A stretch of 64,000 nt of DNA from Pseudomonadota bacterium (GTDB lineage: Bacteria; Pseudomonadota; Alphaproteobacteria; Rhizobiales; Rhizobiaceae): positions 33,059-97,058 of the forward strand of contig JAEWET010000020.1 of the NCBI GenBank assembly GCA_023389195.1. The letters run 5' to 3'. The translations under genes were made by a program, and so were the position numbers. Every line of letters begins with the position of its first letter. Position 1 is the stretch's first letter. The notes under the pieces are model-generated. The model was not told the DNA's origin. It ran no database searches and was given only the letters and a program-made list of their open reading frames with translations. This document shows, piece after piece, positions 26,813 through 37,300 of this stretch.

Positions 26813-28141
26813 ATGTCTGACGCCGACAAGACTTCGGGCTCCCGGAGCCGCGCCCTGCACCGACTGACGGCGCGCAAGGTTGAAACGCTTACAGCGCCGG
26901 GTGCTTATATGGATGGGGGCGGGCTCCTGCTGCGTTTGGGAGATGGCGGCACCAAGAAATGGCTGTTCCGCTTCAAGTCGCCCAGCACGGGGAAGCGCCG
27001 CGAAATGGGCCTTGGGCGTGCCGACAAGGGCACGGGCTTCGTGTCACTGGCCGACGCGCGGGCCAAGGCAGATAGTGCTCGCCAGCAGCTTGCCCGCGAC
27101 CTCGATCCACTGGACGAGGCGGAGCGCGAAGCAGCTGCCCGGACTGCCGAGGCGCAGAAGAAGGCCCCAAAGACCTTCGGTGCCGTTTCCGACGCATGGC
27201 TGGATGAAAACGACATGCGCTTTCGGAACGAGAAACACCGCGCGCAATGGCGTATGACGATGCGCGAATACGCGGGTCCGTTGAGGGGCAAGCTGCCCGG
27301 CGAAATCACCACGGATGATATCCTGAGCATCCTAAAGCCGCTGTGGCAAAGCAAGCCGGAAACGGCGAAGCGGACCCAGGGGCGTATTGAGCGCATTCTT
27401 GATGCCGCGTCCGCACAGGGGCTTTTCGATAGCCGCAACCCCGCCCGCTGGCGCGGACACCTGGACAAGCTGCTTCCGTCGCGCCGCAAGTTGTCGCGCG
27501 GGCACCACGCTGCCTTGCCGCACGCAGACCTGCCGTCGTTCATGGTGGCCCTGCGGGATCAATCGGCGGTGGCCGCGCAGGCGCTGGAATTTCTCATCCT
27601 CACTGCCGCTCGGTCCGGCGAAGTCCGCAATATGACGTGGGGCGAACTGGATGCGGACCGGACCCGCTGGACGGTTCCCGCCAAGCGCATGAAAGCCGGG
27701 CGCGAACATCGTGTGCCGCTCACCAACCGGGCACGGGCGATCCTTGCAGAGGTTGGGCGGCTGCGGCGGAACGACGATGATCCTGCCGAGCTTGTTTTCC
27801 CTGGCCAGAGGCGGCACGCCGATGGAAGCGCGAAGCCAATGTCCGACATGACGCTGGCTGCCGTCCTGCGCCGCATGAAAATGAAGGAACCGGGCGGGCA
27901 GGGGATCACGGTCCACGGGTTCCGTTCGACCTTCCGCGATTGGGCGGGCGACCGGACCAACTTCGCGAGGGACATTGTGGAGCAGGCACTGGCACATCGC
28001 GTAGGCGATGCCACGGAGCAGGCATATCGTCGGGGCGATGCACTTGACCGGCGCGCCAAGCTGATGACGGCATGGGAAGCGTATGCCGCGTCCGGCACTG
28101 CTGGGGCGAACATTGTCCAGATGAAGCGAACGCCCCTTTGA
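26813..28141 (+). CDS. int: tyrosine integrase, P4-like (DUF4102 arm-binding N-terminus plus phage integrase catalytic domain)
   Basis: The ATG at 26813 is preceded by GGAGGA. The N-terminus is LTARKVETL...GGLLLRLGDGGTKKWLFRF. Catalytic residues are in TAARSGEVR, HGFRSTFRDWA and LAHRVGDATEQAYRRGD. Confidence 0.9.
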   Translation: MSDADKTSGSRSRALHRLTARKVETLTAPGAYMDGGGLLLRLGDGGTKKWLFRFKSPSTGKRREMGLGRADKGTGFVSLADARAKADSARQQLARDLDPLDEAEREAAARTAEAQKKAPKTFGAVSDAWLDENDMRFRNEKHRAQWRMTMREYAGPLRGKLPGEITTDDILSILKPLWQSKPETAKRTQGRIERILDAASAQGLFDSRNPARWRGHLDKLLPSRRKLSRGHHAALPHADLPSFMVALRDQSAVAAQALEFLILTAARSGEVRNMTWGELDADRTRWTVPAKRMKAGREHRVPLTNRARAILAEVGRLRRNDDDPAELVFPGQRRHADGSAKPMSDMTLAAVLRRMKMKEPGGQGITVHGFRSTFRDWAGDRTNFARDIVEQALAHRVGDATEQAYRRGDALDRRAKLMTAWEAYAASGTAGANIVQMKRTPL

Positions 28142-28487
28142 CAGAAATCCCTGGCCCCACGGCCCGCTTTGCTGCGCTAGGGATCAGCCGATGGTGCGGC
28201 GGCTCGATCGGAGCCGTTGGCAATACTAGGTCGCTGGGGGCGTGCCCAAGCCGCCATTGTGCGAAGCAAACCGGAGGTGCCGACAGGAGCCGGGCGAAGC
28301 GGTAGAGAGAAGGCGTGAACGGGTTAGTTTGCCAGGTCTGTCAGACTTCTGACGAGCTTGGCGGGAATACCCATTTTGTCCTCAATTTTCCGCGTTTTTA
28401 TTTTGCAGAAGCTGGGCGTTTCGGTCCTACTGGTGTTGGCGCAGGCGGTTGCCTGAAACCAGCAGAGAAACGGAACGGAGCGCACGT

Positions 28488-28715
28488 ATGCCCAACCACG
28501 CCGCGACAAACGCCTGTGAAAATTTGTTGTACGACAAACTCGTCCCGTGCCGGGACGTAGAAGCCGTGACAGGCTTAAGCAAGGCGACAATTTACCGGCT
28601 GATGGCAGCCAAGAGCTTCCCAAAACCGGCGCGGGTTGGAAGCGCTTCGCGCTGGTCTTGGATCGCTGTCCAGAATTGGATTGCGGATCAGTTGCGCGCG
28701 GAAGCCGCCGAGTAA
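28488..28715 (+). CDS. AlpA-family transcriptional regulator / excisionase-like
   Basis: 75 aa from the internal ATG. It contains CRDVEAVTGLSKATIYRLMAAKSFPKPARVGSASRWSWIAVQNWI. Confidence 0.75.
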   Translation: MPNHAATNACENLLYDKLVPCRDVEAVTGLSKATIYRLMAAKSFPKPARVGSASRWSWIAVQNWIADQLRAEAAE

Positions 28716-28727
28716 GGGGGCCGGGCC

Positions 28728-28949
28728 TTGAACCTCACACACGACAACCAGAACACCCCTTTTCGCGACCGCCTGATCCGTTGCCCGGAGGTCAAGAACC
28801 TTACGGGCCTGGGCCGCACAACCATCTACAAGATGATGGGCACGGGGGCTTTCCCCAAGTCGGTCAACGTGGGCCGTGCGGCTCTTTGGTCCGAAGGCGA
28901 GGTGTTCGCCTGGATTGAAGCGCAAAAATTGCGGGCGCGTGCTGCCTGA
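28728..28949 (+). CDS. AlpA-family transcriptional regulator (second paralogue)
   Basis: 73 aa containing CPEVKNLTGLGRTTIYKMMGTGAFPKSVNVGRAALWSEGEVFAWI. A hairpin at 28958-28979 follows. Confidence 0.75.
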   Translation: MNLTHDNQNTPFRDRLIRCPEVKNLTGLGRTTIYKMMGTGAFPKSVNVGRAALWSEGEVFAWIEAQKLRARAA

Positions 28950-29040
28950 ATAGAAAACGGCCCGCCGATTGGCGGACCGCGCTCAATACCGTCCCCCGGT
29001 CATCACCCCAGGGGCCTCAAGTGACAAGGAAATATAGCAC

Positions 29041-32022
29041 ATGACCCAAGCCGCGCGCAAAGCAGTTGGTGGGGCGCTCGCCCCTGCCGACGCCAAAGGC
29101 ACCGACGTGCCACATCCTTCTGCCCCCAAGGGTTCGGACGTTGCTCGCAAGATCGCAGCAGCGCTTGGCAGCGCGCCGGGTACGAAAGAAGTTCGCGCGC
29201 TCTTTGCCGCCCATTCGCTTCACAGGCTTCTTTCCGATGGCCCGGGAGACATCGCGCTGGTCAATTCGTTCGGCAGCGCTCTCCGGGCGGGCAACGAAGC
29301 GGAAGCCTATTCCGTCCTCGTGGACCTTCGTCACCGTGGTCCTGCACTGGACCGGGCGTTGGACGCGGTGGTGGCGCTGTTTGGCCCGGACGTGGACGTC
29401 GAGCTCCGCGCTCTTGCCCCAGCCGCAAAGGCATCCTGGAGCTTCACCTGGCTGACAGGATCGGACCGCGTTTCCGTTCTGGAATGGCTGCGCCAGCATG
29501 ACGGGCTCCGGAACCTCTATGTCGGCGTGAACCCGCGCAAAGCGCACCTTCGCGGCACCGCCCGTGCCTCCAATGAGGCGGACGTGGCTATGCGCCGGTT
29601 CGTCGTGTTTGATCACGACAATAAAGACGCGCCGGACAGCGACCCAGGATGGAAGGCGGCAACCCGCCTCATGCTGGGCGCGAAGCCGCAGATGCAGGTC
29701 GCAAGCGGCAATGGTATCCAGACCTGGTTCCAAATCGAGGAAGTAAGTGGCGAGGCTACCATCACCGCAACCACCAAGCCGATCAATGATCTGTTGCGGG
29801 CGGCGGGGTCCGACCCCGTTGGTGACGCACCCCGTGTGATGCGCCTTCCTTGGACGATCAATATTCCGAACGCAGCGAAGCGCGCGCGGGGCTGCAGCCT
29901 TGCGCTTGCAACCGTGATGCACGGTCCTGATCCGCAGGTGACGGTTTGGCAGTGGCCGGACTTGGCAGTTTATGTCCAGCGGGTGCTGGGCCTGGACCTC
30001 ACAGCTTCCCTCTCGGCTACCGCTCTCGGTGCAAGCGGCGGCGGGGATGCGCTTCCAGCGGACATGCTGCGCGCGCCGAACTCTGACCTGCTGGTTGCGG
30101 CGCTGGACCTGCTTCCGAACGACGCCAATACCGAACGTCAGTTCCAGGTGGATTTGGCTCACGCGGTCCGTGGCGCGTCGGCAGGTACGCCGTTTGAGGC
30201 AGAGGCGAAGGACGCTTTTCTCCGGTGGTCGGACAAATTTCCAACCGCCGACACGGACGCAGATGAACGGGTTTACGACACGATCCGCTCCACCAAACGC
30301 GGTTGGCCGCACATCGTTGGCGCTCTGCGCACGACGAACCCCAGCGGATATCGGATGATTTTGGACAGGGAAGCGCCCCTTCGTGTGGCGGCAGCGGGGC
30401 ACGCGTTCGCTGACACCCCGGTATCGGACGACCAAAAGTTCCTGATTTCGCTTCCTGCGAACGACAATCACGACGCCGACCACGCTGACCGCGCGGTTGC
30501 GGCATTGGCGGCCAGCGATGCGGCACCGGATGCCAAGGCGGCGCGGCGCTCCGTGGCACAGAACGCCGTGGAAGCGTTGCGCAGGGCCGGAGCCGAGTTC
30601 TTCCAAAGCCCAAATGCGCGGGCGTGGATCGTGCTTGCCGGGCGTATCTATCGTATCGACAGCGAGGCCGGTTTCCGCGCTGTGGTTTCTTGGCTCACGG
30701 TCCACACCGATCTGTCCATCACCGGCAGTGCAAAGGCCGATCTGAAAGAGCTGTTGCTGAACCGCGCCTTCGTTGGCGAGCAACACCCAGTCCACTACCG
30801 GCAGACACAGGACGCGGCCCCGGCGAACCCCGTGGCATTTGTCAACATGATGGACGGGCACGGCAACGGCATCTGTGTGGATGGCAAGGGCTGGCGTGTC
30901 TTTCCTACCGCTGCCATGCCGGTTCGCTTCACCGACCGCACTGGCGGGCGGGCAATGCCCCAGCCCGTCCGCCCGAACGATGGTGTTTCCATGTTCGACC
31001 GGCTTGGGCGTCACGTCCCGCTGCAACCTGTCCAAACGCAGGTTGACCCGGAAGATGCGGGCACCCAGCAGCGGGCCGGATTGCTGATGTTCCTGCTGAA
31101 CCAGTTCTTCCGGGCTGGATCGGCGGTGCATCTGTCTGTTCACGCGCCCCAGGGGTCGGGCAAAACGATGGCAACGCTGCGGCTGAAAGACTTGCTGGAC
31201 CCGGACGAGGCACCGCTAGTGCCGTCGCTCCCATCGGATGAAGCGATGCTGTTCTCGATTGCGCAGCAGCAGCCGTTGCTGGGCCTGGACAACTTGAGTT
31301 CGATGAAGGGCGACGTTGCCGACCTGTTCTGCGGGCTTGCGACGGGCACGTTCCAGCAGAAACGCGGACTTTATACGAACGACGACCGCGTGATCTACGG
31401 CGCGAAAACCAGCCTCATGTTCGGGTCCATCCGTGAAGACCTGATCCAGCGCCCGGATTTGTTGGACCGGACCGTAGTGATGGACCTGCCGCCGCTGGGC
31501 CCGAAAGGTCGCAAGACGGAGCAGGACTTGAACGCGGCCTGGGAGCACGACAAACCGCGCCTGCTCGCGGACGTGCTCGATACGTTGGCCGGGGGCTTGG
31601 CGCTCCTTCAAGTCGTCCGCGCGATCACCCCGCCCGAAGCACTGCCTCGGCTTACGGATGCGGCCCTACTGGCCGAAGCCGCAGCGCAGGGGCTTGGATG
31701 GAAGCCGGGTCTTTGCCTCGCCGCGATCAAGGCCTCGCGGCGCGGCGCGAACGAACGCCAGCTTGAAGAAAATCCATATACGGCCCGCGTCCGGGAAATG
31801 CTCAATGCAGAAGGCGGCACCTGGACCGGGACGGTCGCCGAACTTCGGGACAAGCTTCAGTTCGTAGATGGACCGGAATGGGGCACGGCGGGGCGCAGCA
31901 TTCAGGCGTTCACTTCGGCGGTCAACCGCATGGAGAGTCCGCTCGCCGAGGCATGGAACATCCGCACCAGCCGGACCCGCAGTCGCGGGGTTCGCCGGGT
32001 CAAGTTCGACCGGGTGCCGTGA
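29041..32022 (+). CDS. island replication protein: RepB-like AEP primase N-terminus plus P-loop ATPase
   Basis: 993 aa. AEP motifs are NLYVGVNP, FVVFDHDNKD and SGNGIQTWF. The Walker A-like segment is HAPQGSGKTMATL. Confidence 0.75.
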   Translation: MTQAARKAVGGALAPADAKGTDVPHPSAPKGSDVARKIAAALGSAPGTKEVRALFAAHSLHRLLSDGPGDIALVNSFGSALRAGNEAEAYSVLVDLRHRGPALDRALDAVVALFGPDVDVELRALAPAAKASWSFTWLTGSDRVSVLEWLRQHDGLRNLYVGVNPRKAHLRGTARASNEADVAMRRFVVFDHDNKDAPDSDPGWKAATRLMLGAKPQMQVASGNGIQTWFQIEEVSGEATITATTKPINDLLRAAGSDPVGDAPRVMRLPWTINIPNAAKRARGCSLALATVMHGPDPQVTVWQWPDLAVYVQRVLGLDLTASLSATALGASGGGDALPADMLRAPNSDLLVAALDLLPNDANTERQFQVDLAHAVRGASAGTPFEAEAKDAFLRWSDKFPTADTDADERVYDTIRSTKRGWPHIVGALRTTNPSGYRMILDREAPLRVAAAGHAFADTPVSDDQKFLISLPANDNHDADHADRAVAALAASDAAPDAKAARRSVAQNAVEALRRAGAEFFQSPNARAWIVLAGRIYRIDSEAGFRAVVSWLTVHTDLSITGSAKADLKELLLNRAFVGEQHPVHYRQTQDAAPANPVAFVNMMDGHGNGICVDGKGWRVFPTAAMPVRFTDRTGGRAMPQPVRPNDGVSMFDRLGRHVPLQPVQTQVDPEDAGTQQRAGLLMFLLNQFFRAGSAVHLSVHAPQGSGKTMATLRLKDLLDPDEAPLVPSLPSDEAMLFSIAQQQPLLGLDNLSSMKGDVADLFCGLATGTFQQKRGLYTNDDRVIYGAKTSLMFGSIREDLIQRPDLLDRTVVMDLPPLGPKGRKTEQDLNAAWEHDKPRLLADVLDTLAGGLALLQVVRAITPPEALPRLTDAALLAEAAAQGLGWKPGLCLAAIKASRRGANERQLEENPYTARVREMLNAEGGTWTGTVAELRDKLQFVDGPEWGTAGRSIQAFTSAVNRMESPLAEAWNIRTSRTRSRGVRRVKFDRVP

Positions 32023-32293
32023 AGCACGGCACCGGGGTGCCGTGGGTGGAACTGATTAAGTGTTTGTTTTTGCACGGTCGGGTGCCATGGTGCCGTGGGG
32101 GTGGCGAAATGCCAAGACTTCTAGCGTCTTCCGGCACCGCCTGTCTGCCTCCTGCCTCTTTCTACACTCTTGCATAAAGTGACCCCACGGCCCCCACGGC
32201 ACCCGACCTTCGCAAAGCCTTATGCCGCAAGGGGTTGCGGACTTGAGGCCACGGCACCCGCCACGGCACGTTCACGGCACCCCCAAGGCACCC
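32013..32293. repeat. iteron array (CACGGCACC in both orientations): putative island replication origin
   Basis: Perfect 9-mers lie at 32013, 32025, 32036, 32089, 32195, 32250 and 32273. One-mismatch copies lie at 32081, 32186 and 32262, and partial copies at 32132 and 32287. An AT-rich stretch ctgattaagtgtttgttttt sits at about 32052-32071. Confidence 0.6.
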
Positions 32294-32366
32294 GACAGAT
32301 ACCAGCGCGATATTCTTTCCGGTCCGCCACCGCGCAGCGGACCATCGAATAGGAAAGATTGAAAAC

Positions 32367-32702
32367 ATGGACCAAGCGCAAGAAACGACCCCCAAGCCCA
32401 TCGACCTGTCACAGGAGCCGAAGATCGCGGCGGCTCTGCCGACTGTCGAAATGGGAGTGAAGGATGTGACGCCCGCGTCCGGGGCGAAAATCGACGGCAA
32501 GCCGGTGCGGGTGCTGTACGCACTTGCCCACATCGAATACCCCGCCAACGGTTCCGGCGGGCGGTGCATCCGTTGTAACCACGGGATCGGCTGGGACGAC
32601 CTTCAAGGCTTCCTGGTCGAGCACGAGGGGCGCGTGAGCCCGCTGTGCCGCACCTGCGTGACTACCGCCTGCAACGGCGGGCTTGGCGCTATCTCGTCCT
32701 AG
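32367..32702 (+). CDS. hypothetical protein with a C-terminal CxxC...CxxC zinc-ribbon-like motif
   Basis: 111 aa containing RCIRCNHGIGW...LCRTCVTTAC. A degraded paralogue lies at 48568..48759. Confidence 0.5.
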   Translation: MDQAQETTPKPIDLSQEPKIAAALPTVEMGVKDVTPASGAKIDGKPVRVLYALAHIEYPANGSGGRCIRCNHGIGWDDLQGFLVEHEGRVSPLCRTCVTTACNGGLGAISS

Positions 32703-32862
32703 CACCAACGACTGTAGGGCTGGTCAAACTCTGATCGGCCCTACGCCTCCACTCGACGTTCTTCAGCGTTTGGATGGTCGTCATCCAGCGAGCCCGTGCC
32801 GTGCCGTCATCGGGGCGGCGATAATCGCTCGCAGTGCTTCAACGACCACTCTTTGTTCATTG

Positions 32863-33255
32863 TCACTGCGACACCGTTCGATAGGGAGCCCAGGGGGGCT
32901 TCTTCCACGTGTCGCGCAGCTTGTTCACAGCGCGCTTACCTTCCGCGCGAGTCCAGTCCGAATGCGTGATACGCCCGGCGCAGTAGCTCGGCGGTTTCGA
33001 ATACGACATCATCTTGGCGACGCTGTCGCGCGATATGTTGTAATGCTTTCCAGCCTGACGACGGCTCATCCCTTCCGAGCAAGCCAGTCGAACCTTCAGA
33101 TAAAGTTCCACGGTGTAGATCCCCAAGCCCCCTCCTGCATTCTTCGCAGAAGGGAAATAGGTGGCCGGGTTATACGCCGTCCGAAGCGGGACCATCCCGC
33201 CGCTACCGGATCGTAAGGCACGGTGGCCTTTCCTGTTGCGAACACCTGAGAACAC
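32863..33255 (-). pseudogene. chimeric remnant: IS21-family istA N-terminal HTH fragment joined to a deleted copy of the 48801..49688 gene
   Basis: Codons at 33120-32983 read IYTVELYLKVRLACSEGMSRRQAGKHYNISRDSVAKMMSYSKPPSY, the typical IstA N-terminus. From 32982 down the frame reads CAGRITHSDWTRAEGKRAVNKLRDTWKKPPWAP, which parallels CAGRISHGDWTRAEGKRTVNKLRDTWKKNPWAP of the 295-aa gene. About 430 bp of that gene is then missing. Confidence 0.5.
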
Positions 33256-33505
33256 GATGCTCAGAGACTAGAACGAATGGGCCCGTAGCTTCATCTTCCT
33301 AATTCGAAGGCCGGAAACGATTGTGGGTCAAGGCGTAGGCGATCGGTCGCTGAAGGCCACCGCTCTGTCCAGGCGGTCCATCAATGAGCCCGCGCACTGA
33401 CTCTCCCATTTAAGATTGAGCCCACGTCAGTTCTCGGATAGCTTGATCAAACGTCAAGTAACTGGGCTCGCATAGTTACAAGACGGATCATGTCGCTGGG
33501 AGTGC

Positions 33506-34387
33506 ATGGTGGAAACAGAGAAGGCAGACCTTCGGTGGGGAGTCGAGCAGCGGCTCGAATTCATCGACTTCCGCCTGTTTTGGGAGGGGCATGTGAATCG
33601 AGTCGATCTGATGAGCACGTTCGGGGTGTCGGTGAACCAGGCGTCCACCGACCTGAACCGCTATATCGGAATGGCGCCGGAGAACATGCAGTACGACAAG
33701 AGCGCGCGTGCGTATGTCCGCGGCGCAGCATTCGCGCCGCTTTACCTGAAGCCGGACGCCAGTCGATATCTCGCGCAACTTAGGTCCGTCGCCGATGGCA
33801 TCCTAGACAGGGCTGACGGATGGATCGGTCAGTTTCCATCCTCTGACGCCGCACCGACGCCCATCCGCGGCGTCAACGCCAAGACACTGCGTTCGGTGAT
33901 CGCCGCGATCCGACGATCCGAAGCGATTGAGGTCAAGTACCAGTCGCTCTCCCGGCCCGAGCCTCGCTGGAGGTGGATCGCGCCACACGCCTTGGGATTC
34001 GACGGGTTCCGCTGGCACACGCGAGCCTTCTGCCTCATCGACCAGAGCTTCAAGGACTTCCTGCTTTCGCGGATCATCGAGACTCGCGGTACCAAGTTGA
34101 GCGAGGTGGGGCCTGACGCGGACACAGACTGGAACGAGCAGGTAACCCTGGAAATAGGGCCGCATCCGGAGCTTTCCGCCACACAGCAGAAAGTGATCGC
34201 CCTCGATTACGGTATGCGCAGCGGCAGGGCCAAGGTCCTCGTCCGGAAGGCTCTTCTTTCCTACGCGCTCAAACGGCTCGGTCTGGACACGGATCCCGCT
34301 GGGCGGCGTCCCCAGGATCAACAGATCGTTCTCATCAACCGCTCTCAGGTACATGCCGCGAGCACGTCTACGAGCAGTACGGATTGA
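33506..34387 (+). CDS. WYL-domain transcriptional regulator (BrxR/CapW-like)
   Basis: 293 aa. The N-terminal wHTH is VSVNQASTDLNRYI. The WYL core is RWRWIAPHALGFDGFRWHTRAFC. It lies immediately upstream of the cassette, and its stop at 34385-34387 is followed by the next ATG at 34389. Confidence 0.8.
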   Translation: MVETEKADLRWGVEQRLEFIDFRLFWEGHVNRVDLMSTFGVSVNQASTDLNRYIGMAPENMQYDKSARAYVRGAAFAPLYLKPDASRYLAQLRSVADGILDRADGWIGQFPSSDAAPTPIRGVNAKTLRSVIAAIRRSEAIEVKYQSLSRPEPRWRWIAPHALGFDGFRWHTRAFCLIDQSFKDFLLSRIIETRGTKLSEVGPDADTDWNEQVTLEIGPHPELSATQQKVIALDYGMRSGRAKVLVRKALLSYALKRLGLDTDPAGRRPQDQQIVLINRSQVHAASTSTSSTD

Positions 34388-34388
34388 T

Positions 34389-37300
34389 ATGGCGCACCTC
34401 GAAGAACTCCTTCCCAACACGTCAGTCCGCGGGATCTTGCCCGATGGATTGGTGACTGTCGTCAATGTCCAGTGGTACGGCTCCGAGGCTCTTGAGCTCA
34501 CGTACAAGGACGCGCGTGGAAAAGTTGCGAACGAGTTGCTCTACCGGCACGACGAAACGCGGCTGGATGTCGTCGAAGAGGGGCGGCCGTGGAGCCTTGA
34601 CGGTGATGGGCGTCTGTTCAGGCTTGTGTCCGAAGCTCATCGGATAAGGCTCGCCCATCTGTTTGACCCGGTACTCGCGGTTCACACCTCGCTTGTTGAA
34701 CCTCTGCCTCATCAGATCACTGCGGTCTATGAGGAAATGTTGCCTCGTCAGCCACTGCGCTTTCTGTTGGCGGATGACCCCGGTGCGGGCAAGACCATCA
34801 TGGCCGGCCTTCTCATCAAGGAACTTATCGCTAGGGGCGACCTACAACGTTGCTTGGTTGTCTGCCCGGGTAGCCTGGCCGAACAGTGGCAAGATGAGCT
34901 GTACCGGCGCTTTCAGCTTCCGTTCGAAATCATGACGAACGACAAACTCGAAGCGGCACGAACAGGAAACTGGTTTCTTGAGAACAATCTCGTCATAGCA
35001 CGGCTCGACAAGCTCAGCCGAAACGAAGACGTCCAAGCAAAACTCGAGGTCCCGGATGCAAGGTGGGACCTCGTGGTGTGCGACGAAGCTCATAAGATGT
35101 CCGCGAGCTTTTTCGGCGGCGAGATCAAATACACGAAACGATATCAGCTCGGCCAGAAGCTATCTGCACTGACCCGTCACTTCCTCTTGATGACCGCCAC
35201 TCCCCACAACGGTAAGGAGGCAGACTTCCAGCTGTTCATGGCCCTTATTGACGGGGATCGTTTCGAGGGACGATTTCGCGACGGCGTGCATGCAAGCGAC
35301 GTCTCTGACCTGATGCGGCGGATGGTCAAGGAAAACCTGCTGAAGTTCGATGCCACCCCATTGTTTCCACCCCGAGTAGCGAAGACTGTTCCGTACCGAC
35401 TCTCGGACAAGGAGGCCGAACTCTACAAGGCTGTGACGGCCTATGTGCGCGAGGAATTCAACCGCGCAGAAGCGCTGCAGAACGACAAGCGTGCTGGAAC
35501 CGTGGGCTTTGCTCTCACAATTCTGCAGCGTCGGCTCGCCTCGTCGCCAGAAGCAATTTATCAGTCGCTGCGCCGCCGTCGTGAGCGCCTCGAAGGCCGC
35601 CTTCGCGAACTTGAGCTCCTTCAGCGGGGGGCAGCGGTTCATGCTCTCACAAGCTTCGGGCCCTCGTTCGATGCCGAGGATCTGGACGACCTCGAAGACG
35701 CACCTGACCAAGAGATCGAAGACACTGAGGATCAGATTCTCGATCAAGCCACTGCTGCTCGCACCATCGACGAGCTCAAGGCAGAGATCTCAACGCTCGT
35801 AGACCTCGAACAACTCGCACTTGGTGTTCGCCGGGGCGGCCAAGACAAAAAATGGCGCGAGTTGGCCGAGCTCCTTACCGAAATATTTAAGCCAGCTGCC
35901 GTGGCCAATCAGCTTGCTGAAGACCCCGCTGATTATGATGCGGCGACTCCAATTCCAAAATCATCACCGCATCAGAAACTCGTAATCTTTACCGAGCATC
36001 GCGATACCCTCTCGTACCTGGTCAACCGCGTTAGCACGCTTCTTGGCCAAAGAGAGGCTGTGGTCACCATTCATGGCGGCGTGGGCCGAGAAGACCGCTT
36101 GAAGGCCCAAGAAGCATTTCGCCACGACCCGGAAGTGAAGGTGCTCATCGCCACCGACGCAGCCGGTGAAGGCATCAATCTTCAGCGCGCCCATCTGATG
36201 GTCAACTACGATCTGCCGTGGAATCCGAACCGCCTCGAACAACGGTTCGGCCGAATTCACCGCATTGGGCAGACGGAGGTCTGTTTTCTCTGGAACCTCG
36301 TCGCTGATGAGACGCGGGAGGGCGATGTCTACCGAACCCTGCTCGAAAAACTTGAGAGGGCGCGCGAGGCTTTAGGAGGTCAGGTTTTTGATGTCCTCGG
36401 CAAGGTAGTTTTTGACGGCAAGCCACTCCGAGAGCTGCTTATCGAGGCCGTACGTTTTGGCGAACGCCCCGACATCAAAGAACACCTTACGAAGGTGGTG
36501 GAGGGTGCTCTCGATCACGAAAAGCTTCGTTCGCTGCTGGAAGATCGCGTTCTTGCGCCCGAATCCATGGACGCGAGCCGCGTGCACCGGGTGCGAGAGG
36601 AGATGGAGCGGGCTGACGCACGTCGCCTCCAGCCTCATTACATCGAGTCTTTCTTCTTAGAGGCGTTTAAGGAACTAGGTGGGGCTGCGCGTCAACGCGA
36701 GCATCGACGCTATGAAGCGACTCGTGTCCCCGCACCGATCCGCAATCGGGACCGCCTGATCGGACTAGGTGAGCCGGTACTCTCCCGATACGAGCGCATC
36801 GTCTTTGACAAAGCTCTGATAGCTCCACAAGGACAGCCACTCGCCGCCTTCGTGTGTCCAGGCCATCCGTTACTCGACGCTACGCTTGGTCTAACGCTTG
36901 AGCGACACCGTGACCTGATGCGGCGCGGGGCCATACTTATCGACGAACGTGACGGTGGTGAAAGCCCGAGGATGCTGTTCTATTTAGAGCACGCGATCCA
37001 GGACGGCAGTGAAACCCGCTCTGGTGAACGTCGTGTCGTTTCGAAGCGAATGCTTTATGTGGAGATGGATGTCGAAAGCAATGCGCGCCACTTGAACTAT
37101 GCGCCCTACCTAGACTACCGGCCGCTTCAGGAGGGCGAACCCACTTCTGCCGAAATCCTCCAGCGGCCAGAGTGTTCGTGGCTCAGTCGCGACCTTGAAG
37201 CAAAGGCGCAGGCGCATGCAATCGGAAGCGTGGTTCCCGAGCATGTACGCGAAGTGTCGGGACGGCGTCTGGAACTTATCGCCAAGACGGAAGCCGCGGT

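Noticed and set aside
29017-31143. 708-aa minus-strand ORF
   Set aside because: It is antisense to the island primase, which carries clear AEP and P-loop motifs. The composition is Arg-rich and junk-like.
32013-32293. Possible CRISPR array (also considered for 8872-9049 and 16337-16502)
   Set aside because: The repeats are only 9-27 nt, irregularly spaced and in both orientations, and no cas genes are present. They fit iterons or operators, not CRISPR.
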